DNA of 47,914 nucleotides from Candidatus Micrarchaeaceae archaeon (GTDB taxonomy: Archaea; Micrarchaeota; Micrarchaeia; Micrarchaeales; CABMGC01). The stretch spans positions 1 to 47,914 of the forward strand of contig JAVZDR010000001.1 in the NCBI GenBank assembly GCA_038873795.1, in the 5' to 3' direction. The position numbers and the translations under genes were made by a program. How positions within the stretch are numbered: position 1 is the first letter of the stretch; every line of letters starts with the position of its first letter. Under the pieces are notes generated by a model. That model was given only the letters and a program-made list of their open reading frames with translations. It ran no database searches and had not been told where the DNA came from. Below, piece after piece: positions 34,991 to 43,345 of this stretch.

Positions 34991-36195
34991 TGAAAGCGGG
35001 CAGCATAGCCCTAATAGTCATTGATACACTGAGGCTAGACGAATTCGAAAAGCTGGAAAAGAGATATGGCATGATAGGCGCTCTTGGCAATGCAACATTC
35101 ATGAAGAACTGCATAGCCCCGTCGCCGTGGACCCTGCCATCGCATGCATCGATCTTCACAGGCCTTTATCCAAGCGAGCATGGAGCGCATGAAACAAGCA
35201 GAATAAAATCCCTTGACATAGAAAGCATAAAGCTCAAGATGCCGACCTTTGTCTCAGAGCTGAATGAATTGGGCTTCCATACATATGCCATTTCTGCAAA
35301 CCCATACGTCCACCCTGTATATGGCTTTACTGATTTTGGCTCATTCACGGAAGAGCCCTATTTTACTGACATATTTGGCAGTGTGGTTGAAGTCTCCAAT
35401 AAGCTCAAGCCGATCATAGCCAAATACAGGAATCTTTACGGCAACAATATGCTGAAAATATCGGGCAGCATCCTTAGCGAGGAGCCCGAGCTGCTGCTTG
35501 AAGTTCTTGCAAGCGCATCAGTGCACACGCCAGTAGCAATGCTAAAGAAGGTCAAAGCCAAGGTCTTCGAGGGATGGCCTATAGAAAAGGGTGGTTCTCG
35601 CATACTCAAGAGAGTGAGAGAGACGCGCTTCATTGCCCCTTACTTTATTTTCATAAACCTGATGGAGGCTCATGATCCTTATGTGGGCAAGAAGAATGCA
35701 GATTTCAACTGGGCAACGCCTTTCCAGAAAGAGAAGCCGAGCCAAAGCAAAATCGCCACATGGAGGAAACTGTATTCAAAGGCAGCACTGAGGGGCTACA
35801 AGTATGCAGCCGAGATAGCGAAGAGCCTGCTCGAGAGGTACGGCGACAACCAGCTTATAATATTTACCAGCGACCATGGCCAGGCATTGGATGAGCATGG
35901 CTTTGTGGGTCATGGCACAGTGCTCTACGACGAAATTGTAAGGGTACCGTTTGCGGCGGTCTCGCCAAATCGCATCGGCACGAAGGGCAGCCAAGGCAGA
36001 TACTGCTCGCTTGCCAATACAAGAAAGTTCATATTCAGCTATTTGGATGGCGATGAGAATGCCGCTGCCAGACTTTACTCAAGGAGAGTCTATTCACAGA
36101 GTTTTGGCATACCTGCAAACATAAGCTTTGCCCCTGGGATAGACGCAAGCAAGGTAAAAAGATTCGAGACGAAACGCGTGAGGAGGTTTATTTGA
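34990..36195 (+). CDS. alkaline-phosphatase-superfamily (sulfatase-like) hydrolase/transferase with Thr nucleophile motif
   Basis: Metal ligands VIDTLRLD and TSDHGQALDEHGFVGHG. Nucleophile segment WTLPSHASIFTG aligns to the sulfatase C-[TS]-P-S-R-x-x-L-x-TG but reads T-L-P-S-H. ATG overlaps the upstream TGA (TGATG). Confidence 0.75.
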   Translation: MKAGSIALIVIDTLRLDEFEKLEKRYGMIGALGNATFMKNCIAPSPWTLPSHASIFTGLYPSEHGAHETSRIKSLDIESIKLKMPTFVSELNELGFHTYAISANPYVHPVYGFTDFGSFTEEPYFTDIFGSVVEVSNKLKPIIAKYRNLYGNNMLKISGSILSEEPELLLEVLASASVHTPVAMLKKVKAKVFEGWPIEKGGSRILKRVRETRFIAPYFIFINLMEAHDPYVGKKNADFNWATPFQKEKPSQSKIATWRKLYSKAALRGYKYAAEIAKSLLERYGDNQLIIFTSDHGQALDEHGFVGHGTVLYDEIVRVPFAAVSPNRIGTKGSQGRYCSLANTRKFIFSYLDGDENAAARLYSRRVYSQSFGIPANISFAPGIDASKVKRFETKRVRRFI

Positions 36196-37421
36196 TAAAA
36201 CCAAGAGTATTAGTAATGGACCTGGGTTCGCGCACAAACATATTCGGCGGCGAAGCCCGGATAGCAAGCATCCTCTACAGAGGCCTGAAAGAGTATTTCG
36301 AGACGAGCTACCTTGGCTATGAGACTGAGTACATAAAGGCTGGGAAAGATACAATCATGCTGAGCAGAGGGGCAAAGTCCTGGCAGGGGCCTGCAGTAAA
36401 GAAGAGGGGTTTATCAGAAAACTGGTTTATGCGCTTTGGGTATTTCTTCCTGATGGGCAGGAACATGCTTGATATGGGCATCGAAAGGGAAAAGCTTGCA
36501 AAAAAGGTCAAGCTTCTCTCCCCAGATATAGTAATTTCAAATTCTGTCTGGGACTTCTCAACGCTCAGATACATAAAAGGCTATGTAGACTTCAAAACAA
36601 TCTTTATAGACCATGCATGCATTTCAAACAGCAATGCCCCAGGATATTTAAGCAAGACGAACATGCCTTTGACGCTGGGCACTGGGATTTTTGGCAGCAG
36701 CATAGGCTCAATTAAGTCCAAGTTCTTCAGGTATTTTGATGCGTGCGTAGCCCTAAGCAAGGTCCAGCTTAAGGAGATCTCAAAATTCACAGATAAAGTC
36801 TACTATATCCCGAATGGCCTTGACATTAATACAAAACACGATAGGAAAGCAGAGGAAAGGCTGAGGGAGCGTTACGGGCTGGGCAGCTCCAATTTCATCA
36901 TACTCTACCTTGGAAGGATGTTTGAGAGGCAGAAGAATGTGAGCACGCTGATAAAAGCATTCATGCGCCTCAAGGGCAGGAGGCTTCGCCTTCTGCTTGT
37001 GGGCGGAGGCCAATCTGTTACAGACTACATAAAGCTCGCTTCAAAGGATCGTAGGATCATATTTACAGGCGAAGTGCCTGAAGAAAGCCTGCCCCATTTG
37101 TACAATATCTCAAACTTGTTTGTTCTGCCCTCGGCATGGGAAGGTTCCAACCTGACAATAATAGAGGCAGCCGCCCATGGATTGCCTATAATAATATCAG
37201 ATAACGCATATTCGGATGATTTGAAAGATCCAAGCATAGGAAAATTGGTTTCATTTAAGACATTCAATAGCAATGACCTTGCAGATAAAATAGCATTCAT
37301 GCTAAGCCACAAATCGGCTATGAATGCAGCAATTGCCTCTTCCAGAAAGATAGCGAAAAGGTTTACAGAGCGGTCAATGCTTAAAAGATATTATTCGCTA
37401 ATATCGAGATTGGTTAGGTGA
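36192..37421 (+). CDS. GT4 (GT-B fold) glycosyltransferase
   Basis: Ex7E region PSAWEGSNLTIIEAAAHGLPII. TTG start preceded by AGGAGG at a 5-nt spacing, and overlaps the upstream stop by 4 nt. Confidence 0.85.
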   Translation: MIKPRVLVMDLGSRTNIFGGEARIASILYRGLKEYFETSYLGYETEYIKAGKDTIMLSRGAKSWQGPAVKKRGLSENWFMRFGYFFLMGRNMLDMGIEREKLAKKVKLLSPDIVISNSVWDFSTLRYIKGYVDFKTIFIDHACISNSNAPGYLSKTNMPLTLGTGIFGSSIGSIKSKFFRYFDACVALSKVQLKEISKFTDKVYYIPNGLDINTKHDRKAEERLRERYGLGSSNFIILYLGRMFERQKNVSTLIKAFMRLKGRRLRLLLVGGGQSVTDYIKLASKDRRIIFTGEVPEESLPHLYNISNLFVLPSAWEGSNLTIIEAAAHGLPIIISDNAYSDDLKDPSIGKLVSFKTFNSNDLADKIAFMLSHKSAMNAAIASSRKIAKRFTERSMLKRYYSLISRLVR

Positions 37422-38622
37422 CTATTCCGAGCCCGGCAAATTTCCCTCCCTCATAGATTGTGAACCTTCCAAGTTCATTTACCTTGTTGTATTTTTCCAC
37501 TACGATGGGCTTGCTGCAATTTATATGCGCGCTAAATATGCCAAGGGGCTTTGCATTGCCCTTTTTCAAATTGCCATCATTTATATCGAGCTCCTTGCTT
37601 ATAGTTATGTTGCATCTTGTTTCTATGCCATTTAGCCTCATTGATGCATTTTTTGGGATTTCGGAGAAGAAAACGAGGGCATCAATGCTTTTGGCAACCA
37701 TCGGCTTATCCCCAGCTCTGCAGATCACGCTGCCTCTCTTTATGCCTTTGGTGCTGCTTAGCGACAGCACTGGCGATGAACCAGCAGAGGCATGCACCAT
37801 GACCTTTCCGGCGCTCACAATTTTATTCACAATGCATTCAGTGCCACCAGGCACAGAAATAACCTTCTCGCCTTTTGAGAGAGTGCCTGCAACGACTTTG
37901 CACGCGAAGCCGCCGCCAGGCATTGCGCCCTGCACAATAACCCGCAAGATGCCGCCTTTCTCATCCTTGCATTTCTCCATTGCATCTCTGCTCAGAATCT
38001 CAGCTAATGGTTTGCCCTTGTACCATCTCATATTCTTAGAATTCCTGATCAGATTGTCACCATTGTAAGCTGAAATGGGTACAAAATCAGTCCTCACCGC
38101 ACCCAGTGATTTTTGTGCATTGTTTATGAATTCACTGAGGCTGCTTTTTATTGAGTCAAAGGCATTGCTATTGTAGCCAACCGCATCCATCTTGTTGATT
38201 GCAATAACAACATTGCTTATCCCAAGCATCATTGCAACCAGAAGGTGGCGTTTGGTCTGCTCGCTTATTCCCTCGCCTTTCTTTGCAGATACCACAAGCA
38301 CCGCGATGCTGGCGCTGGATGCGCCGGTGAGCATGTTGGTTATGAGCTCCTCGTGACCCGGCACATCTATAAGTTCAAACCCTACTTTTTTGTATGAGAG
38401 CTGCGCCCTTGTGGTGTCTATAGTCATAGCTTTCTCACGCTCCTCGGAGAAGCTGTCAAGTATGAAGCCTGGCTCAAATTTCCTGCCAAGCTCCTTGCTT
38501 ATGCGCCGGGCCTCGTTTATTCTGTCGCTGCTAACGCTCTTTGTAAGCATGAGCATGCTGCCTATGAATGTTGATTTTCCATGGTCTTTGTCGCCAAGCA
38601 GCACAATTCTATGGAGATACAT
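37414..38622 (-). CDS. cysN: sulfate adenylyltransferase subunit 1 (CysN/NodQ-type GTPase, no APS-kinase domain)
   Basis: G1 GDKDHGKST, DSFSEEREKAMTID, G3 DVPGHE, G4 NKMD. Collinear with E. coli CysN by eye. 402 aa, so no fused CysC. Confidence 0.85.
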   Translation of the reverse strand: MYLHRIVLLGDKDHGKSTFIGSMLMLTKSVSSDRINEARRISKELGRKFEPGFILDSFSEEREKAMTIDTTRAQLSYKKVGFELIDVPGHEELITNMLTGASSASIAVLVVSAKKGEGISEQTKRHLLVAMMLGISNVVIAINKMDAVGYNSNAFDSIKSSLSEFINNAQKSLGAVRTDFVPISAYNGDNLIRNSKNMRWYKGKPLAEILSRDAMEKCKDEKGGILRVIVQGAMPGGGFACKVVAGTLSKGEKVISVPGGTECIVNKIVSAGKVMVHASAGSSPVLSLSSTKGIKRGSVICRAGDKPMVAKSIDALVFFSEIPKNASMRLNGIETRCNITISKELDINDGNLKKGNAKPLGIFSAHINCSKPIVVEKYNKVNELGRFTIYEGGKFAGLGIVT

Positions 38623-38639
38623 ATAGCTCGCTTGCCAAT

Positions 38640-39428
38640 CTACATATACCCAAGGCTTCTCAACCGCTGCATCACGTATTCCCTCTCTTTGTCTTGCTCC
38701 CTGCCAGCGCGCTCCTCTACGTTCGTTGTGCTAAGTTCTTTTATTATTTTATTAAGATTTTTTGCATCCGATTTTATCGGCACTGTGCAGTGGGTGCAGC
38801 CAAGGCTCCTATATCTATAGCCGTTCCTTGAGAAATATAGTGGATTTATAGGGATATGCTCCCTCCTTATGTACCTCCATATGTCGATTTCATTCCAATC
38901 GAGCAGAGGATGCACGCGCACATGGCCCCCATCCTCTATCTTGGAAGAATAGTCGTCCCAGAGTTCAGCAGGCTGGTTTTTATAGTCCCACCTGAAGTTT
39001 CTATCCCTAGGCGAGAGATAGCGCTCCTTCGCCCTGATTGAATGCTCATCTCTTCTTATCGAGACGATGAGTGCATTAAACTTGTATTTCCTCATCACTT
39101 CCTTCAGCGCTATTGTTTTGTTGGCCCCGCAGCAGCTGAAGCCGGATATTTCAGGCTTTATCTTGCTTTTTGCAACTATGAGATTAAGGCCCCACTTTTT
39201 GGTCAAGTCTTCCCTAAATTTATATGTTTCTGGAAAGTCTATCGAATTGTCTATGTGTATGACTGGAAATGGAACCTTGCCCATGAACGCCTTCCTTGCA
39301 AGAGCAAGCATCGTTGTTGAATCCTTGCCCATGCTCCAGAGGGCTGCAATATTCTTGAATTTCATCTTTGCTTCTCTCATTATGTAGATGCTCTTTTCTT
39401 CGAGTTCATTCAAATTCTGCTCTATCAT
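38640..39428 (-). CDS. cysD: sulfate adenylyltransferase subunit 2 (CysD/NodP-type PP-loop)
   Basis: LEEKSIYIMRE, WSMGKDST, FPVIHIDN, SIRRDEHSIRAKER, RVHPLLDWNEIDIWRYI, RSLGC..CT, and C-terminal ...LGYM (E. coli ends ...QGYF). Confidence 0.9.
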   Translation of the reverse strand: MIEQNLNELEEKSIYIMREAKMKFKNIAALWSMGKDSTTMLALARKAFMGKVPFPVIHIDNSIDFPETYKFREDLTKKWGLNLIVAKSKIKPEISGFSCCGANKTIALKEVMRKYKFNALIVSIRRDEHSIRAKERYLSPRDRNFRWDYKNQPAELWDDYSSKIEDGGHVRVHPLLDWNEIDIWRYIRREHIPINPLYFSRNGYRYRSLGCTHCTVPIKSDAKNLNKIIKELSTTNVEERAGREQDKEREYVMQRLRSLGYM

Positions 39429-39435
39429 AAAATCA

Positions 39436-39777
39436 CTAAAAAATGTTCGCGTTTCGCAAGCCCTTCAGATATATTGTAGCGCCCTCTATAGCATTTCCCT
39501 TGCGCTTTATTATTGGTATCTTGGCTACTTGCCTCATCCTGGAATCGTAAAGCAGCGCAAATGACTTCGTCAAGTCCTGGCTGTTTTTTAGCGTTTTATA
39601 GACAATCTTGTAATATTTTACCTTGCCGCTATTGATCGAAGAATAGAGCTTCTCCCAGTTTTTTTCGCTAGGGTCGGCCCAAAGGTTGGCCGCAATTACT
39701 TCTAGATCGCTACTTTTCGCGTCCCTGCGCCCCGCATTTCTTTTTTCCATTCTTACCATAGTAGCACCATCAGACAT
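39436..39777 (-). CDS. hypothetical protein (113 aa), first gene upstream of cysD
   Basis: Basic N-terminus followed by a mixed alpha/beta-looking region (GKVKYYKIVYKTL...). No motif I can name. 8-nt overlap with the upstream RHH gene and a 7-nt gap to cysD. Confidence 0.45.
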   Translation of the reverse strand: MSDGATMVRMEKRNAGRRDAKSSDLEVIAANLWADPSEKNWEKLYSSINSGKVKYYKIVYKTLKNSQDLTKSFALLYDSRMRQVAKIPIIKRKGNAIEGATIYLKGLRNANIF

Positions 39778-40009
39778 ATCCCAAAGCTCTGAGTTTCTTT
39801 ACTATCCCGCTTTTCACTGCCTTTTCTCTGCCTGACCCACTCCTGCTCTCTTCTATCTCAGCCAGTGTCTCCCTTATTATATACGTAACGTAGTCTGAGA
39901 CAGAGGAGAATCCAGTACGCTTGATTAATTTTAGCAGCTTGTCATACATGGGTTTCGGTATTGTTATTGTCGTATATTTCCTCTTTTCAGATTCCTTTTT
40001 CGCTTCCAT
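39770..40009 (-). CDS. ribbon-helix-helix (CopG/MetJ-type) DNA-binding protein
   Basis: KYTTITIPKPMYDKLLKLIKRTGFSSVSDYVTYIIRETL is a beta-strand/helix/helix RHH pattern. Start placed at ATG 40009 (MEAKKE...) because the upstream 19 codons look like AT-rich promoter. Confidence 0.7.
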   Translation of the reverse strand: MEAKKESEKRKYTTITIPKPMYDKLLKLIKRTGFSSVSDYVTYIIRETLAEIEESRSGSGREKAVKSGIVKKLRALGYV

Positions 40010-40094
40010 AAGCTTACCTATAATGTAATTTAATGTTATTGCATTAAAATATAAAAATCTATGCATTCAAAAGGTTCTGTGCAATATTGTGGCA

Positions 40095-41459
40095 TTACCC
40101 CTTTTCTACCCTGCTCCTGCCAAATTCCCTGACTTCGCTGATTATTGGAACGGTCCTGCTTATTGCGTGCTCAACGCCCTTAGAAGCAAGCAGCGACTTA
40201 TATGCATAATAAGCAACGCCAATTGCGAGTATGCCAAGGACTATCAGCAGGCTTGCAACACTGAGGTATGCCATTATTGCCACAATGGACAGGAATCCAA
40301 AGATCGGTATCAAAGCAAAATATTTCTGTTCCCTCAAATGTACTGCTTTTCCCAATTTCTTTCGAAGTTTAAGCCACATCTTCAATGCTGCTATGTTTAT
40401 TATTGCATATGCCGAAAGGGTAGCCACATTCGATGCCTCGACTATTGTTTCGAACGAAACCGCAATTATGAATGCGATGCTGACAATACTTGCCACAACG
40501 ATTGAGTTTATTGGAGTGGAGAATCTGTCCAACTTCGAGAGTTTCTTTGGCAGCTCGTTGTCCCTCCCCATCGCAAAGAAAACCCTTGAAACGCCCAATA
40601 TGCCTGTAAGTACTACTCCTGCGGTTGCTGCTATGCCCCCTATTGCAATTATAGCGCCCAGAACTGGGATGTTGGTCACTCCAATCGCTGTAGAAAGCGG
40701 CGATTTCGAGTTGGCCAATTCACCATATGGAACAAGACCCACGGCTACCAACGCTACGGCTATGTAGATTATGCTCGATATTATTATTGAGGCTATTATG
40801 GCCCTAGGTATTACCCTCTCAGCATTTTTGACCTCGCTTCCAACTGTAGTGACCCTTGAAAATCCAGTGAATGCAAAGAATATTATAGCAGATCCGGTAA
40901 GCATGCCTTTTAGCCCGTTTGGCTCAAAATTGGCGAAGTGCGACGGATGGAAAAAGAAAGAGCCAATTGCTATGAAAACAGCCAATATTGCAACATTTAC
41001 CATCACAAGCAGCCGAATAGTTTTCGCTGAATTCTTTATGCCTAATATGTTCACTGTCATGAAGATTAACACTGCCGCAACCGCATAGTAAACCTCATTG
41101 AGAGAAAAGCCGAGCAGCGAATTTATGTACCCTCCAAGGCTGAGTGATACGGCAGCCACGGCTATCATATTCCCAAAGGACCACAGCCATCCGCCCAAAA
41201 ATCCAGCTGATGGTGCAAGCGCATCTTTAGCATACTCATATACTCCCCCTTCCTTGGCAACATGGCTCGCTATTTCGGAGAAGCTGAGCCCTGTAAAAAT
41301 GGATATAATTGCGCCAATAACAATTGAAATGACTATTGAGGGCCCGGCCGCCCCTGCAGCTATGCCTATTATCACGAAGATGCCCGCGCCTATTATTGCT
41401 CCCAAATTTATCATTATCGCATCAGTAAGCGATAGGACTTTCTTGAGGGAGCTCAGCAA
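40095..41459 (-). CDS. APC-superfamily amino acid/polyamine permease
   Basis: 454 aa, about 12 TM helices, N-terminal NLGAIIGAGIFV pattern typical of APC transporters. Confidence 0.8.
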   Translation of the reverse strand: MLSSLKKVLSLTDAIMINLGAIIGAGIFVIIGIAAGAAGPSIVISIVIGAIISIFTGLSFSEIASHVAKEGGVYEYAKDALAPSAGFLGGWLWSFGNMIAVAAVSLSLGGYINSLLGFSLNEVYYAVAAVLIFMTVNILGIKNSAKTIRLLVMVNVAILAVFIAIGSFFFHPSHFANFEPNGLKGMLTGSAIIFFAFTGFSRVTTVGSEVKNAERVIPRAIIASIIISSIIYIAVALVAVGLVPYGELANSKSPLSTAIGVTNIPVLGAIIAIGGIAATAGVVLTGILGVSRVFFAMGRDNELPKKLSKLDRFSTPINSIVVASIVSIAFIIAVSFETIVEASNVATLSAYAIINIAALKMWLKLRKKLGKAVHLREQKYFALIPIFGFLSIVAIMAYLSVASLLIVLGILAIGVAYYAYKSLLASKGVEHAISRTVPIISEVREFGRSRVEKG

Positions 41460-41574
41460 ACCACCGTATGAGATAATCGCAAATCAATTTTTAGAATGTT
41501 TGCTAAACCAGCCAAAAAATTTGCATGGAAACATTTTTATTGATATGTGCTGATTGTAATTTGAGTGTGGTGCC

Positions 41575-42165
41575 ATGGTGTTTGTGGATTCGCTTACCGT
41601 GATGTTGCTCAGCTTGGGGCTGAGCAGCTTGGTCCTTGCGCTCTATTTCCTCGGCAAAGCGGCAAACAAGAAATGGCTTGCAGAACTTGTGGTTCCTGGA
41701 TTCGCCCTTGGGTTTTTCGATTTTATCAGCGGCTTTGTAATGTCTTTCCAGTGGCCTTTGCCTGGCGCCTACAACATGCTTTTCGGCGATCCCTTGCTTA
41801 TGCTGGGCCTGATAATGATGGCAGGCGCGTACATGCTTCACAAAAACATGAATCCAAGAGTCCTTTCGCTCTTCGGTTTCTTCCTTGGCATATACATGGC
41901 AGTTGAGCTTGCAGGCATGATCGCATTCAAGCTTGAAGGGCCTGTTTCGTTTGCACTGTCTTCTAGCAACCACTTTGTGACAGCATTTGGGCTCTACTTA
42001 TTCGCTACCCTTTCTGCACTATTCTCGCCAATAGTATTCATGGATGCAAAGGGCGATGGAAGGTATGCGTATTACCTCTTATTCATACTCCTAATCATAG
42101 TGGCATTCATAGCATTCTTCATAGGCTATGGCGGGATATACGAACACTTGGGCTCCCCTCCTTGA
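41575..42165 (+). CDS. polytopic membrane protein, unknown function (possibly DUF981-like)
   Basis: 196 aa, 6 hydrophobic helices, WPLPGAYNMLFGDP loop. TATA-like ACATTTTTATTGATATG about 35 nt upstream. Confidence 0.5.
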   Translation: MVFVDSLTVMLLSLGLSSLVLALYFLGKAANKKWLAELVVPGFALGFFDFISGFVMSFQWPLPGAYNMLFGDPLLMLGLIMMAGAYMLHKNMNPRVLSLFGFFLGIYMAVELAGMIAFKLEGPVSFALSSSNHFVTAFGLYLFATLSALFSPIVFMDAKGDGRYAYYLLFILLIIVAFIAFFIGYGGIYEHLGSPP

Positions 42166-42303
42166 TTTTCCACGCTGCAAACCTGTGTTTGTTTTTGACC
42201 AGGCATACTTAATATGTGCATTAGGCCTAGGGCGAGAGCTCAGATAGCCATGCCGAAATAGCAGCATAATATATTTTTTGCCACATTGCTAAATAGCGAG
42301 GGC

Positions 42304-43278
42304 ATGCAGAAACGCTTGGTTTTAGTATTGATTGCAATAGTTTCCGCAATTGTAATTGCGATAGCGCTCATCGCAATTGCTGCGGAAAATACTTCCTTGG
42401 AAATACCGAAATCCTTAGATTTCACCATCGGCGTATGCACCCACGGAAATGAAAGCTCTGAAGTATTCGCGCTAAATCACGGAGTGAAATACCTGCGCAC
42501 AGATGTGTCGTTAAGTGCCAATCAGGAAAAACTTCTCGATCTTGAGCACTTTCAATACGGGGCTAACTATTTGGGCATACTCGATTACAATACAGTTCCA
42601 AGCAAGGATTGGAATCTCAGCCAATGGAATGCCAGCATTGAGCAGGTTCTGGCTGAATATCCATGGATAACCGCATGGGAGATATGGAACGAGCCCATGG
42701 TAAGTCAGTTTCAGACAGGCTACCTAAATGGCAGCCCGTACAACTATTATGAGATAATAAAAAGTGCTTATACAATAATAAAGGCCAGAGAGCCCAATGC
42801 CACCATAGTCTGCTTTGGAGGCGCCCCGATTGCGAACCAATACGCATATTACTGGTATTCCCAGGTATGGGCCTACGGCGCGGCAGAGTATTGCAATGCC
42901 ATATCGATACATGCGTATCCGCAGACCATGGGTCCGCTAAACAGCACAAGCATCAAAGAATGGAAAGAAAGCCTATACGAATATGAAAATCTTACAAGCA
43001 AGCCGATATGGATCACGGAATTTGGTATTCCGTCCTCATCAGAGCTCATATCAGGCTATACCCCAAAACTGCAGGAAGAGTTCCTTGTGGGCAGTCTGTC
43101 GCTCTTCAACAGCATGAGCTTTGTAAAACGCGTGTATTGGTATGATTTATGGGGGCTGTCAGATGGGGCACTAGGCAACAATTTCGGGCTTCTAAACCTT
43201 TCAGATCCATCTTCAAGCGTTGCCACGCCAGCGTGGGGCGCATTTCTCTACGCATACTTCAACAGCACTTCAGACTGA
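42304..43278 (+). CDS. membrane-anchored clan GH-A (TIM-barrel, GH5/GH39-like) glycoside hydrolase
   Basis: Acid/base WEIWNEP and nucleophile IWITEFG. N-terminal TM anchor. 10 sequons. ATG at 42304 preferred over TTG at 42286. Confidence 0.7.
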   Translation: MQKRLVLVLIAIVSAIVIAIALIAIAAENTSLEIPKSLDFTIGVCTHGNESSEVFALNHGVKYLRTDVSLSANQEKLLDLEHFQYGANYLGILDYNTVPSKDWNLSQWNASIEQVLAEYPWITAWEIWNEPMVSQFQTGYLNGSPYNYYEIIKSAYTIIKAREPNATIVCFGGAPIANQYAYYWYSQVWAYGAAEYCNAISIHAYPQTMGPLNSTSIKEWKESLYEYENLTSKPIWITEFGIPSSSELISGYTPKLQEEFLVGSLSLFNSMSFVKRVYWYDLWGLSDGALGNNFGLLNLSDPSSSVATPAWGAFLYAYFNSTSD

Positions 43279-43345
43279 GAATAAGCGAGCGCCTTAGGTT
43301 TAATATATTTTTATAAATTGGCTTACAAATTATACTTGTGTATTT

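Noticed and set aside
34990-36195. Annotation as a true (formylglycine) sulfatase that would remove sulfate made via CysDN
   Set aside because: The FGly consensus C/S-x-P-x-R is replaced by T-L-P-S-H. Without the modifiable Cys/Ser and the Arg, the protein cannot mature as a classical sulfatase.
38640-40009. C-terminal ...LGYM / ...LGYV tails as proteasome-docking HbYX motifs
   Set aside because: HbYX requires a hydrophobic residue before the Tyr, but both tails have Gly there. Bacterial CysD, from organisms lacking 20S proteasomes, also ends in GYF, so the tail is a CysD family trait.
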